From assembly GCF_009914755.1 (NCBI RefSeq), contig NC_060947.1: a stretch of DNA of 64,000 bases. The stretch is one strand, 5' to 3'. Shown here piece after piece: positions 50,250 through 64,000 of the stretch. Position 1 is the stretch's first letter. Each line of letters begins with the position of its first letter. This DNA is from the human T2T-CHM13v2.0 reference genome, Homo sapiens. Under the pieces are notes generated by a model. The model worked only from the letters and a program-made list of their open reading frames with translations. It did not search any database and was not told the origin of the DNA. Position numbers and translations under genes: made by a program.

Positions 50250-50318
50250 ATGAACGGAGACGACACCTTTGCAAAGAGACCCAGGGATGATGCTAAAGCA
50301 TCAGAGAAGAGAAGCAAG
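50250..50318 (+). CDS. SSX1: SSX1 exon 2 coding part (MNGDDTFAKRPRDDAKASEKRSK); exon begins 50230
   Basis: TTGCAG acceptor ends 50229, GCCATGA start at 50250, donor GT at 50319. Confidence 0.95.
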
Positions 50319-50753
50319 GTGACGTGACCTGGAGGGGGCAGAGCAGTGGTCCAGGGGACAGAGTAGGGTGACCAGGTTTCTGAGGAGGGGAGGACAGAGG
50401 TACTGGGGACAAGGAGCAGGGTCTCGGGGGAGATCTGGACCCTTGGGAGCCTCCCACCTGTGTTCTGTCATCACCTAGCATCCCTGGAGACAAGTCTCTG
50501 ACCTTGCTCTACATTTGGTAACTCTCAGTCCATTCTGGAAGGTGGGAAGAGAGCCAGACAGCAGCATTAAAGCCCTAATGTGTGCCACGGGAGAAGCTAG
50601 GGTAGGTCCCCCATGGTCTCTCAGTTAGCCATGGCATCAACCAGGACGGATTATCATCCTCACTTCCCAGATCCAGCACACAGGAAGCGGCTCCAGCTGA
50701 ATGGCAGACATACCTAGCTGAGTCACTGACAAATTTTATTTTATTTTTTTTAG

Positions 50754-50868
50754 GCCTTTGATGATATTGCCACATACTTCTCTAAGAAAGAGTGGAAAAA
50801 GATGAAATACTCGGAGAAAATCAGCTATGTGTATATGAAGAGAAACTATAAGGCCATGACTAAACTAG
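50754..50868 (+). CDS. SSX1: SSX1 exon 3 (KRAB-related: [38 protein letters not shown])
   Basis: Poly-T/TAG acceptor, 115 nt, donor GTAACA. Confidence 0.95.
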
Positions 50869-51385
50869 GTAACAGAAAGTTCTAGGAACAGACAAGTCTG
50901 GGGATACATGAGCATCCCTTTTCCTGCTTTGGCTACTTCTTAGGCTGCAGAAAGTACCCCACATTTTCCTTTTGTGCAGGGAAAAATCGCAAGGCAGCTT
51001 CTGGGGGTTCTGCTCTTCTGTATCCTGTCAGAGCTGAGGGCAGGGACTGGCCATAGTGGAGCTTGTACCTGGACCTTGCACTTTTCTCTCCCTTAGGCGT
51101 CTGTTCTGATCAGCCCAGCTGTCTCTGTGGCATTGCAGCACACCTCCCACCCTACCTTCCTCCTCTCAGCTTGTCTCTTTCTCTCTCTCTCCCTTTTTTT
51201 TTTTTTTTTTTTTTTTTGAGTCAGAGTCTCACTCTGTCACCTAGGCTAGAGTGTAGTAGTGCAATCATAGCTCAATGCAGCCTCGAACTCCTGGGCTCAA
51301 GCAATCCTTCTGCCCAGCCGATGGAGTAGCTGAGGATATGAGCACATGCCTCCATGCCCAACTAATTTTATTTTATAATTTGTAG

Positions 51386-51514
<129 letters not shown>

Positions 51515-51543
51515 TAAGGAATAAACATTTTGCTTCTTTCTAG

Positions 51544-51639
51544 GTTTCAAAGTCACCCTCCCACCTTTCATGTGTAATAAACAGGCCACAGACTTCCAGG
51601 GGAATGATTTTGATAATGACCATAACCGCAGGATTCAGG
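51544..51639 (+). CDS. SSX1: SSX1 exon 4 ([32 protein letters not shown])
   Basis: TTTCTAG acceptor, 96 nt, donor GTGAGT. Confidence 0.95.
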
Positions 51640-51971
51640 GTGAGTAGATGGGAAGTGGCTGGAAAGGTCTCCTGAAGCCCAATTGCTTTTCAGCTCAGCT
51701 ACCTGGGAAAGATCCTCTGGCATTTGTTCCCTCATACACATCAGGGTTGAGTGAAAAAAAAAATTGCATACAGAAAGTTAACTACAGAGGCCATTCATAA
51801 AATTCTAAAACATGCAAAAGTAATATGTACTTTCATGGATAATAAGTAAATGGTAAATGCATAAAAACATAAATGCGAATAAAAAGGCATCAGATTGAGG
51901 AGACTGGCTGTAAATGGAGAAGGGGCGGGGGCAGGGATTGGTGAGTGCTGCACAGACAGCTTCAGTCATGA

Positions 51972-52335
<364 letters not shown>

Positions 52336-52464
52336 TAAATCAGATCTAACATAGTCATGGGGTAATGTTGAGATGCGACTGAACTCAATATTATTCCCCA
52401 TACTATTCTGTGTGTTTGAAACATTTCTTTTTTAAAAGACATGTTGTTCTTGCTAAACACTGTT

Positions 52465-53745
<1,281 letters not shown>

Positions 53746-54774
53746 TAAACACTGTTAATGAATCAAAGGACAGTTAAGACAATTTTAAAAGTGAAAAAAA
53801 AAGAAACTATTAAAAGTATAGATCCACCAAAAACTTCCAGACATTGTTTCATTAACAGCATGTAGATATTGGATAAATATCTTAAGAGAGAGGGTGATGA
53901 ACACATGTAATAAAGATTGCTGTTTCTCCATACTTTATTGAAACCAAATAGTCTTCTCATTCCCAAACAACCCCAATTCTCCATGATGAGCTTGGAAGTG
54001 AGTTTGAAAGAGTGACCCCTCATCCAACACACAGAGAGCTTTCCCAATTGTCAGTGAGCGGAGATAACATAGGATGAAAAAAAGACAGGTTCTTGGGTAG
54101 AGATCTTTGTGCATTTCAGGAATAGAAAGGGGACATATTTGTTTACTTGCTCTTCTGCTCTGACAATACAATCATAAGACAAGGTCAGAGTGTCTAAACT
54201 GTCTTCAATATCTCTATTACTCCCCAGCTAAACAGGCCAGAATCAACCATCTCCCACAATCACTATAAGAGATCTGAAACTCCAGTGCTTGAGTATCTGC
54301 CAAGTTTTGACATTAAAGGAGTGTCTTTATACTGAAAATATTTCAGAGCCACTGGACTAAATCATCCATGGTTCATCACACATTTAACAGCTTAATTCAC
54401 ATACCATAAGATCCACCCATTTGAAGTGTACAGTGATTTTTAGTTGTTGCACATCTTGAGTGATTACAGTTTACATTCCCAACCAATCAATTTAATTATT
54501 TGGGAAAAAGTAAAAGATATGTAATGGAATAAGATGAGACTGTGATGGGATTTAACCCCCATTTGAGAAACCATGTGATGTAAAATTCTGAATTGATGCC
54601 ACAGATAAATGAACCAACCATGACTAAACATAATTCAGAAGCAAATCTCAAATAACTCCTCAACAATGAGTGGACTCATAACCTCTGCTGCAGAATGCCC
54701 TCATGCAACGGAAGTCTCTCCAGAGTTTGGAAATCTTTACCAACAAAGAAAAATTCTGATGTGTTCTCTTTCAG

Positions 54775-54824
54775 TTGAACATCCTCAGATGACTTTCGGC
54801 AGGCTCCACAGAATCATCCCGAAG
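54775..54824 (+). CDS. SSX1: SSX1 exon 5 (VEHPQMTFGRLHRIIPK)
   Basis: TTTCAG acceptor, 50 nt, donor GTGAGT. Confidence 0.95.
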
Positions 54825-55862
54825 GTGAGTATCTCTCAAATCTAAAGGACCAGAGAACCTTTTTCCTTTCATGGATGTGAACACTGATAAGACAGGGAGA
54901 ATATCAAAAACGCCCTCATTGCCTCTTTCTCCCCATGTCTATCACAACAACTTATGTAGCACCGACGGCTTGATAATACTAACAGTTGTGATCCTTAATA
55001 CTTCTTTTGTTTTCATAGTGATGCCAGATACTATTTTAAGCAGTTCACATGGATTAATTAATTTAATCCATAAGAAGACCTCTATGACATTGTTTCTTTT
55101 ATTATCTCCAAATAGTAATGAGTCACACACTTCGGTTGTCATCCATATAAAAGCCATGTGACTTGGCACAAATCTTCTAAGTTATCGGAGCTCCAGATTC
55201 CTAGTCCATGAAATGGAAGTAAAGAATAATAGTTCATGTTATAGACCATAGTTATCAGCAACATAATAATAAAATGAGGCTATCGGGGTACAGAGATGTT
55301 AAAGAATTTTCCTGGGGCACAGTGTCAGTGGTAGTCTAATCCAGAGCTCCAAGCCATTTAAAGCTCATTCACGTTTGTATTTGTTTATGAAGTTCAGATG
55401 TTGCTCACTAGGGCTTTACCCCATAGGGCCTACTGGTGCTTCCATTGAGACACCCACTCTCGCAACAGGAAGGACCAGCTGGCCTCTGCTCTGTTACCGG
55501 GGCCACTCCCATGGCTTAGGAATCGCTTTGACTGTTGGCCCCTCCTTGAGCTCCTTGAGGGCTTTGTCTGCACCTGGGGCATCCGAGAAGCCCCAGTCCC
55601 AGCCCAGGGGATCCCTCAGAGGCCCCTGAATGAGTGATTCTGGAAGTGCAGATTCAGCTCTGGTTTAGAAGGTAAAGGGATCTGGGAGTTGGGTTGCCAG
55701 TATGGAGAACGAATTCAAAGAAGGATCCAGAAAGGTATTCAATGTTATTATTATTACATTTGAACAATGTTTACAAGCTCAGAGAGGATTTTCCCTTAGC
55801 TTATTTTACATGTATTATTCACTATTTCATAAGTGAGGAAGCTGAGTAAAAAGTAGCTTAAG

Positions 55863-56159
<297 letters not shown>

Positions 56160-56790
56160 TTAATATTGTTGGTCAGTGACACATCCCAGTGTAACCAGAA
56201 TTGGTATGGGTACCACCTCACTGAATTCCACATTCAATGTTGGTGCCTCGGTAGGGTGGTATGCCAGATCTGGTACTGCTTTCTTTGCTGCCTAGATTAA
56301 TTTCAGCAAACCATTTCTTTACCTCTCCCTTCCCTGTATTCATCTCCCCACACCATCTTTCCCAGCAGTGTTTTGTCCCCTCCCTATGTTTTTACATTTA
56401 CTCTCCCAGCAGCTGTCTACGAGCTTATATGGGATCCCTTGTATTTTATAGAAGCTCTTCCTTTTGTAGACCTTGTGAATTCTTAGAATGCTATTTTTCT
56501 CCAAATATTCTGTGTACTACACTCTCAACTACATGGAGATTTCTGCTGTTTCCACGAATGTCAGTCTTAAAAGAGTGTGAAGATAAGCATTCTAGCCCTG
56601 GAAACTGCATTCATTTAGGCCATTCCTTTTGCTTCTAATCTCCCAGGTTTGTCTCATTTAGGCAAGTGTAACTCTCCCCGCGTTGTTGAGAACATTCATT
56701 AAGGTAATGCATGTGAAGACGCTTTGTAAGCTCTAAAGCACTATAGAAATGTCACTGATACTGTTTATCTGTAACCTTCACATTATAAAG

Positions 56791-56926
56791 ATCATGCCCA
56801 AGAAGCCAGCAGAGGACGAAAATGATTCGAAGGGAGTGTCAGAAGCATCTGGCCCACAAAACGATGGGAAACAACTGCACCCCCCAGGAAAAGCAAATAT
56901 TTCTGAGAAGATTAATAAGAGATCTG
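56791..56926 (+). CDS. SSX1: SSX1 exon 6 ([16 protein letters not shown]...EKINKRS); usual SS18-SSX1 fusion acceptor exon
   Basis: AAAG acceptor, 136 nt, donor GTAAGA; partly seen in ORF 56749..56940. Confidence 0.95.
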
Positions 56927-57321
56927 GTAAGAGGAAATGATTTGGGAACAACTTCTCTGGCTTTTCTGGCTATGTTCAGGTGTGTGGACTGGGTGTGTGG
57001 CATGGATCCCAGACAAGCCTGGGTCCAGGCTGGGCTGAAGAGCTCGCCCAGCTCCAGATGAGATGTTAGACATGACTTCCAGAGATGCAGACTGGAGTTG
57101 TCATCCATATAAAAAACCACGTGACTTGGGACAAGTCTTCCAAATTTTCTCAGCTCCAGATTCCTAGTCCATAAGATGGAAATAAAGAATCATAGTTCGT
57201 AAATTGTTTGGAGGCATTAAATTAAATCCTGAAGGCCTGATGACATGAAAGGTGCTCAAGCGATTCTATCTGTGATAACCTGGGATCATATCTTACTCAG
57301 CTCAATGCCTGATACCCAATA

Positions 57322-58993
57322 CAGGTGTACTTCAGAGATATTGCAGGTTGGGTTCCAGAGCACTGCAATAAAGTGAGTCACACACATTGTTTTTCGTTTG
57401 TTTCGCAGTGCATAAAAACATTATGTTTACACTATAGTGTACTCTACTAAGTGTGCAATAGCATTATGTCTAAAAATGTACATACCTTAATTTTAAAATA
57501 ATTTATTGTTAAAAAATGCTAACAATCTTCTGAGCCTTCAGTGAGTTACACTCTTCTTGTTGGTGGAGGGTCTTGCCTCGGTGTTGATGGCTGCTGGCTG
57601 ATCAAGGTGGTGGTTGCTGAAGGGTGGAGTGGCTGTGGCAGTTTCTTAAAAGAACACAACAATGAAATTTGCCACATCGATTAGCTCTCCCTTTCATGAA
57701 AGATTTCTCTGTAGTATGTGATGCTATTCGATAGCATTTAGCCACTTTAGAACTTCTTTCAAAGTTGGAGTCAATCATCTCTAGCTATGAAAGTTTTAGA
57801 TGGCATCTACTTCCGATAAAAGGCTGTTTAATCTATATTGAAAATCTGTTGTTTAGTGTAGCCACGTTCATCAGTGATCTTAGCTAGATCTTCTGGATAA
57901 CTTGCTGCAGCTTCTCCATCAGTGTTTGCTGCTACACCTTGCACTTTTATGTTATGGGGACAGCTTCTTTCCTTAAACCTCACAAACCAACCTCTGCTAG
58001 TTTCACACGTTTCTTCACCTCTCTCAGCTTTCATGGGCTTGAAGAGAGTTCAGGTCTTGCTCTGAATTAGACTTTGGCTTAAGGGAATGTTGTGGCTGGT
58101 TTCATGTTCTATCCTGATCACTCAAACTTTCTCTATTGCAGCAGTAAGGCTGTTTTGCTTTCTTATTCTTGTGTTCACTGGGTATTAGTATTATTATTTC
58201 CTTCAAGAACTTTTCCTTTGCATTATATACTATTCTTTCTTTCAAGAACTTCTCCTTTGCATGCACAGCTTGGCTATTTGGTGCAAGAGGCCTAGCTTTC
58301 ATCCTGTCTCGGCTTTCAGCATGCCTTCCTCACTAAGCTTAGCCATTTCTAGATTCTGATTTAATGTGAGAGAATGCGACTCTTCCTTTCATTTGAACAG
58401 TTAGTGGCCATTTTAGGATTGTTAACTGTCCTAATTTCAGTATCGCTGTATCTCAGGGAATAGGTAGGCCCAAGAAAAGGAAAAGAGATGGGGAAGAGCT
58501 CATTGGTGGAGCAGTCAGAATACACACAACATTGATCAATTACGTTCGTTATCTTCTCTAGGTGGAGTTCCTGTTACCCCCAAAACATTGACACACAACA
58601 GGGTGACTATAGTCAATAATAACTTAATCGTACATTTAAAAATAACGAAAAGAGTGTAATTGGATTGTTTGTAACACAAGGATAAATGCTTGATGGGATG
58701 GATACCCTATTTTCCATGATGTGATTATTACGCATTGCATACGTGTATCAAAATATCTCACGTACCCTATAAGTATATACACCTACTGTGTATCCACAAA
58801 AATAAATTATTTTAAAAGACTAAAAAACAACAAAAACAATTGCAATAATAACATCAAAGCTCACTGATCACAGATCACCATAACAGATATAATAATAATG
58901 GAAAAGTGTAAAATTGGTGAGAATTCCCCCCAAAAAATTACAGTGTCTGCATAGCACTATAAAAATGAGGTGCCATAAAACAAGGTATGCCTG
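57322..58993 (-). mobile_element. Tigger1 in SSX1 intron 6 with a nested L1MA 3' fragment
   Basis: Both termini present (CAGGTGTAC... and ...AAGGTATGCCTG); ORF 57828..58034(-). Confidence 0.88.
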
Positions 58994-59295
58994 TGTGCCC
59001 TTAACAAATACGTGCTGAATGAAAGGAGGTATCGGTGAATGTTCCCGTAAGTGAAGAGGTTGGTAATCTAAACGTCACAACAGAAGGAGCCAGAAGCTAA
59101 AACATTAATTGGTATTTGTCGTGTATTGGTGTGGGTCTAAGGCCTCAGCCTCTCTAAGCCAGAGAATGTGAAAAACTGGATAAAGAAGGCCCATGGGCAC
59201 TTGGGAGGGAGGAGGCATCTCCTTTTTTTGAGAAAACAGAGCCTAACACTCTTCAACGTACCCAACCCTCATCTTCCAACTCTTCTCCATCATAG

Positions 59296-59396
59296 GACCC
59301 AAAAGGGGGAAACATGCCTGGACCCACAGACTGCGTGAGAGAAAGCAGCTGGTGATTTATGAAGAGATCAGTGACCCTGAGGAAGATGACGAGTAA
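59296..59396 (+). CDS. SSX1: SSX1 exon 7 coding part ([38 protein letters not shown])
   Basis: CATAG acceptor, TAA at 59394-59396, exon ends 59400, donor GTAAGT. Confidence 0.95.
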
Positions 59397-59862
59397 CTCC
59401 GTAAGTGAACCTTCGGCTCACCCTCCACATCCCTGCAGATGTGCTATTCTGTTATGGTACTGGTATCCCATCTTGTCATTTGTTTCCCAAATCATTCCTT
59501 TCTCATAATTTTCTACTGTACAGCATTGAGGCTGAATGATGAGATTTCCCATGCTCTTTCTACTCCCTACCCTGTATATCCAGGGATCCTCACCACCCAG
59601 GATGCTGTGGGTTCCCAAACCCCAGGTCAGCCCTGATATGTGGCCACACCTTCTTCTAGCCTAGGAATGCATAAACCAGGCGAGGAAGTCACTGTGGCAT
59701 GAGCAGATGGTTCACTTCGAGGAACCATGGAAGGCGTGTCCAGGTCCTGGGGTAGGGCAGAATCAGAGTGTGCAGGGTCTGCAGGTCAGGAGGAGTTGAG
59801 GTTGAGTTATTGGGCAGTGGGAACTCGCTGTCACTTACTTTCCTTCCCTCTTCTCGCCTCAG

Positions 59863-60454
59863 CCTGGGGGATACGACACATGCCCTTGATGAGAAGCAGA
59901 ACGTGGTGACCTTTCACGAACATGGGCATGGCTGCGGCTCCCTCGTCATCAGGTGCATAGCAAGTGAAAGCAAGTGTTCACAACGGTGAAACTTGAGCGT
60001 CATTTTTCTTAGTGTGCCAAGAGTTCGATGTTAGTGTTTCCATTGTATTTTCTTACAGTGTGCCATTCTGTTAGATACTATCCTTATAATTGATGAGCAA
60101 GACATACTGAATGCATATTTCGGTTTGTGTATCCATGCACCTACGTCAGAAAACAAGTATTGTCAGGTATTCTCTCCATAGAACAGCACTATCCTCATCT
60201 CTCCCCAGATGTGACTACTGAGGGCAGTTCTGAGTGTTTAATTTCAGACTTTTTCCTCTGCATTTACACACACACACACACACACACGCACACACACACA
60301 CCAAGTACCAGTATAAGCATCTCCCATCTGCTTTTCCCATTGCCATGCGTCCTGGTCAAGCCCCCCTCACTCTGTTTCCTGTTCAGCATGTACTCCCCTC
60401 ATCCGATTCCCCTGTATCAGTCACTGACAGTTAATAAACCTTTGCAAACGTTCC
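59863..60454 (+). other. SSX1: SSX1 exon 8 (3' UTR) with (CA)n at about 60265-60301
   Basis: Pyrimidine tract + CAG acceptor ending 59862; AATAAA at 60433-60438. Confidence 0.88.
60433..60438 (+). terminator. SSX1 polyadenylation signal
   Basis: AATAAA followed by GT-rich sequence; conserved in the paralogue at 12105-12110. Confidence 0.85.
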
Positions 60455-62303
60455 CCAGTTGTTTGTTCCTCTCATTATTGTGCACACAGCTTTGTGCACA
60501 TGTGTGAATATTTCTTTAGAAAGATTCTTAGAAGTGGAATTGCCATGTCAAAGGAGTCATTTATTCAACAAAACCCTAATGAGTGTGTCCTCGTGCTGAG
60601 CGCTGTTCTAGGTGCTGGAGAGACATCAGGGAACAAGACGGGGAGATGTTCCTGACCACCATTCTAGAGGAGGATGTCTCCAGTTGTTGGCTTTCTTTGT
60701 TTCTTTGTTTGTTTGTTTCTTCTGGAGATGGGGTCTTGCTCTGTCCAGGCTGGAGTGCAGTGGCACGATCATAGCTCAATGCAGCCTTGAACTGCTGGGC
60801 TCAAGCGATCCTCCCACCTTGGCCTCCTAAAGTACTAGGATTACAGGCATGAGCCACCGCGCCTGGCCTCCAGTTTTTATTTTGATAGGGACTATACACT
60901 TCAGTCCTGGAGCAGGATTCTGCAGCAGGTGGTTGGGCAATTTGGCCTTCGCTCTCTGAACAATTTTCGGGTTCTAGGGCTGGGATGGTCCATTTGGGAG
61001 TATGTGGGAAGAGACACAGATGAAATCGTCATCTGGGGAACATGGAGGAATGAGGAAGATGCGTGCACTGTAGACCCTGTGATGGCCAGGGAATAGAAGA
61101 GTCCACTTAGTCTCCATGCAGGGGAGCAACGGTGGGAAGGTCCCCTGGACAGAAGCATGAGACTGCCCATCAAGGGTCTCACCACCCAAGGGCCTGGGGG
61201 CTGGGGTGGGGACGATGATTTGGGAATGGGACAGTTCTTTCTCACAGGTACCAATGCACGGTGCAGAGGGGAAACAGTTGTGGGGAAGGGAAGGGCAGAG
61301 GGGAGTCTATTTTAGCACAAAGCATTGTGTGTGAATGGAGACATCAAAGCTCCATTCACACACCATGGACTTGAAACACCAGCCCCAGGTGGAGGCAGGA
61401 TTGGAGCTGTTTTGACCGTCCATAGCCCATCACCTTGGCCTCCTGGTTCTCCCAGCCTTAGAAGGAGCACACTATGATCATTATGCCTATATGACAGATG
61501 AGAGACGGAGTCCCAGAGAGATGGTAGGCGTCTTGTCACAGGTCCTACAGCTGGCAGGTGCAGGAGGAGCTGAGTTTGGAGCTCACTGACTTCAGAAACA
61601 TTAAGGAGGACAGGTGTGTGTGGTGGAGGAAGGGAGAACTGAACAAGTCCCGGGTTCTGTCCCGTCACAAGGTAGAGGCTGTGGGTTCATTTTCCAAGAC
61701 AAGGAACCCTTAGAGATGGAGAGTGCAGGGAGGAAGAGGCAATCGTGGACATAGTGGGACAGTGGGAGACAGAGATGTGCAGCGTAGGGAGAAGAGGGGC
61801 AGGCAAAGAAGCAGGGGATACCCAAGACCAAGTGTGGGCTGTCACAGCCACCAGAGGGAGAGGGTGCCAGGAAGGAGGTTGTGGGGCTCCAGGAGCAACA
61901 GAGGTTCCCCAGATCTGTGAGCACGCCCTGCCTGGCACTGCAGGAAGAGGTGGCTGCCCCCCAGGTCAGTGTGGACGTGCCTCTACCTGTGTCTCAGAGG
62001 AAACAAATTCTATTTTATCCCAATATAGTTCTGTATTACACAAATGTAACATTCGGCTACTAGATATCAGGTGCCTTATCCTCCATGCAAACAGAGGAGA
62101 GGATACCCAAAAAGAGATACTGAAGGATTTGGTTTTTCTTTCTCCCTGGGATGATGGGATCCATAAGTTGGGTCCCCCAGCCCACAAGACAGGTGCCAGG
62201 AAGGGTGACTGGAAGAGTGTGAGTCATGACAGGGAACATTTTTCCTTAGGTTTCTTGGGTATATAAAGCTCCCGACTGTCTATCATGGATAGATAAAGAG
62301 TGA

Positions 62304-63135
<832 letters not shown>

Positions 63136-64000
63136 TGAACTTTTAAATTAACCTACCTGATGATTACCCTAAGGCCCTTTCTCGCTCCATGTTTTTTTGA
63201 TTATGGGTTTGGAGTTTTTCAGAAGCTTTCCTACAAAGAACATCTCCTGACTGGGCGCAGTGACTCACGCTGTATTCCCAGCACTTTGGGAGGCCGAGGC
63301 AGGCAGATCACTTGAGGTGAGGAGTTCGAGACCAACCTGGCCTACATTGCAAAAACCCTGCCTCTACCACAAATACAAAAATTAGCCGGCCATGGTGGTG
63401 GGCACCGGTGAATTCCAGTTACTGCGGGGGCTGAGGCATGAGAATCACTTGAACCCGGGAGATACACCGTGCAGTGAGCCGAGATCACGCCACTGTACTC
63501 CAGCCTGGGCGACAGAGTAAGTCCCTGTCTCAAAAAACAAACAGCATCTCTCGCCTACAGTGATTTGAGCTGTGGTCTTGTCTCCTCGGGTTTCTCTGTC
63601 AGTCTGATCCCATCTACTCTATCTCCCAGGAATGCCTCAATATATCTGGTGGACCACTGACACGTTTTCCTATTTTCCTCTACTGTTAAGGATTGACCCT
63701 TGAAAACATTTTCTTCCTAGTTTGATGGAACGTTGAGTGGGGCACGGGATCTAGCTGCCATCTTGCTCCAATCATCTGTTATTAGATATTTCATGTATTT
63801 TTTGTCACAATATAAGTGTAATTTTTCTCAATTTGGTTTTCTAAATGGCTATTATTGGCATGTAGAAACCCTATCTATTATTGTTAATAATATTTTGTTA
63901 CCTGTCTGGGTACAGCTTCCCCTGTATTTTGGCACAAGACTCAATCTATTTTATTCTTCAAAACAAAACTGACAGGCTGAGTGTGGTGGCTCACACCTGT

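Overview
Primate, almost certainly human, genomic DNA from the SSX cancer/testis gene cluster on Xp11.23. The window holds one complete gene, SSX1 (+ strand, 8 exons, about 48370-60454, spliced CDS 567 nt = 188 aa). It also holds a 5'-truncated SSX paralogue (about 5163-12125, exons 5-8 only, frame still open), an isolated antisense SSX exon-2 fragment (36568-36656), processed pseudogenes of OAT and S100A11, and three 5S rRNA-derived fragments. The rest is dense transposable-element sequence: dozens of Alus, a full-length SVA, MER9/MER11/MER4/MER31 LTRs, a decayed ERV1-class provirus, Tigger1, L1 and MaLR. These are arranged in direct and inverted segmental duplications. Paralogous blocks inside the window supply filled and empty sites, so several events can be reconstructed directly: a three-Alu rearrangement with permuted target-site duplications (TSDs), two cases of different elements inserted at the same paralogous site, a tailless 5S retrocopy, a tiny MER4-derived poly(A) retrocopy, a tandem array of deleted Alu monomers in SSX1 intron 1, and latent cassette exons. 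I found no convincing new protein-coding system, and most ORFs in the supplied track are Alu/SVA/L1 artefacts. All alignments were done by eye. Family and subfamily names come from remembered consensus sequences, and TE boundaries are approximate.
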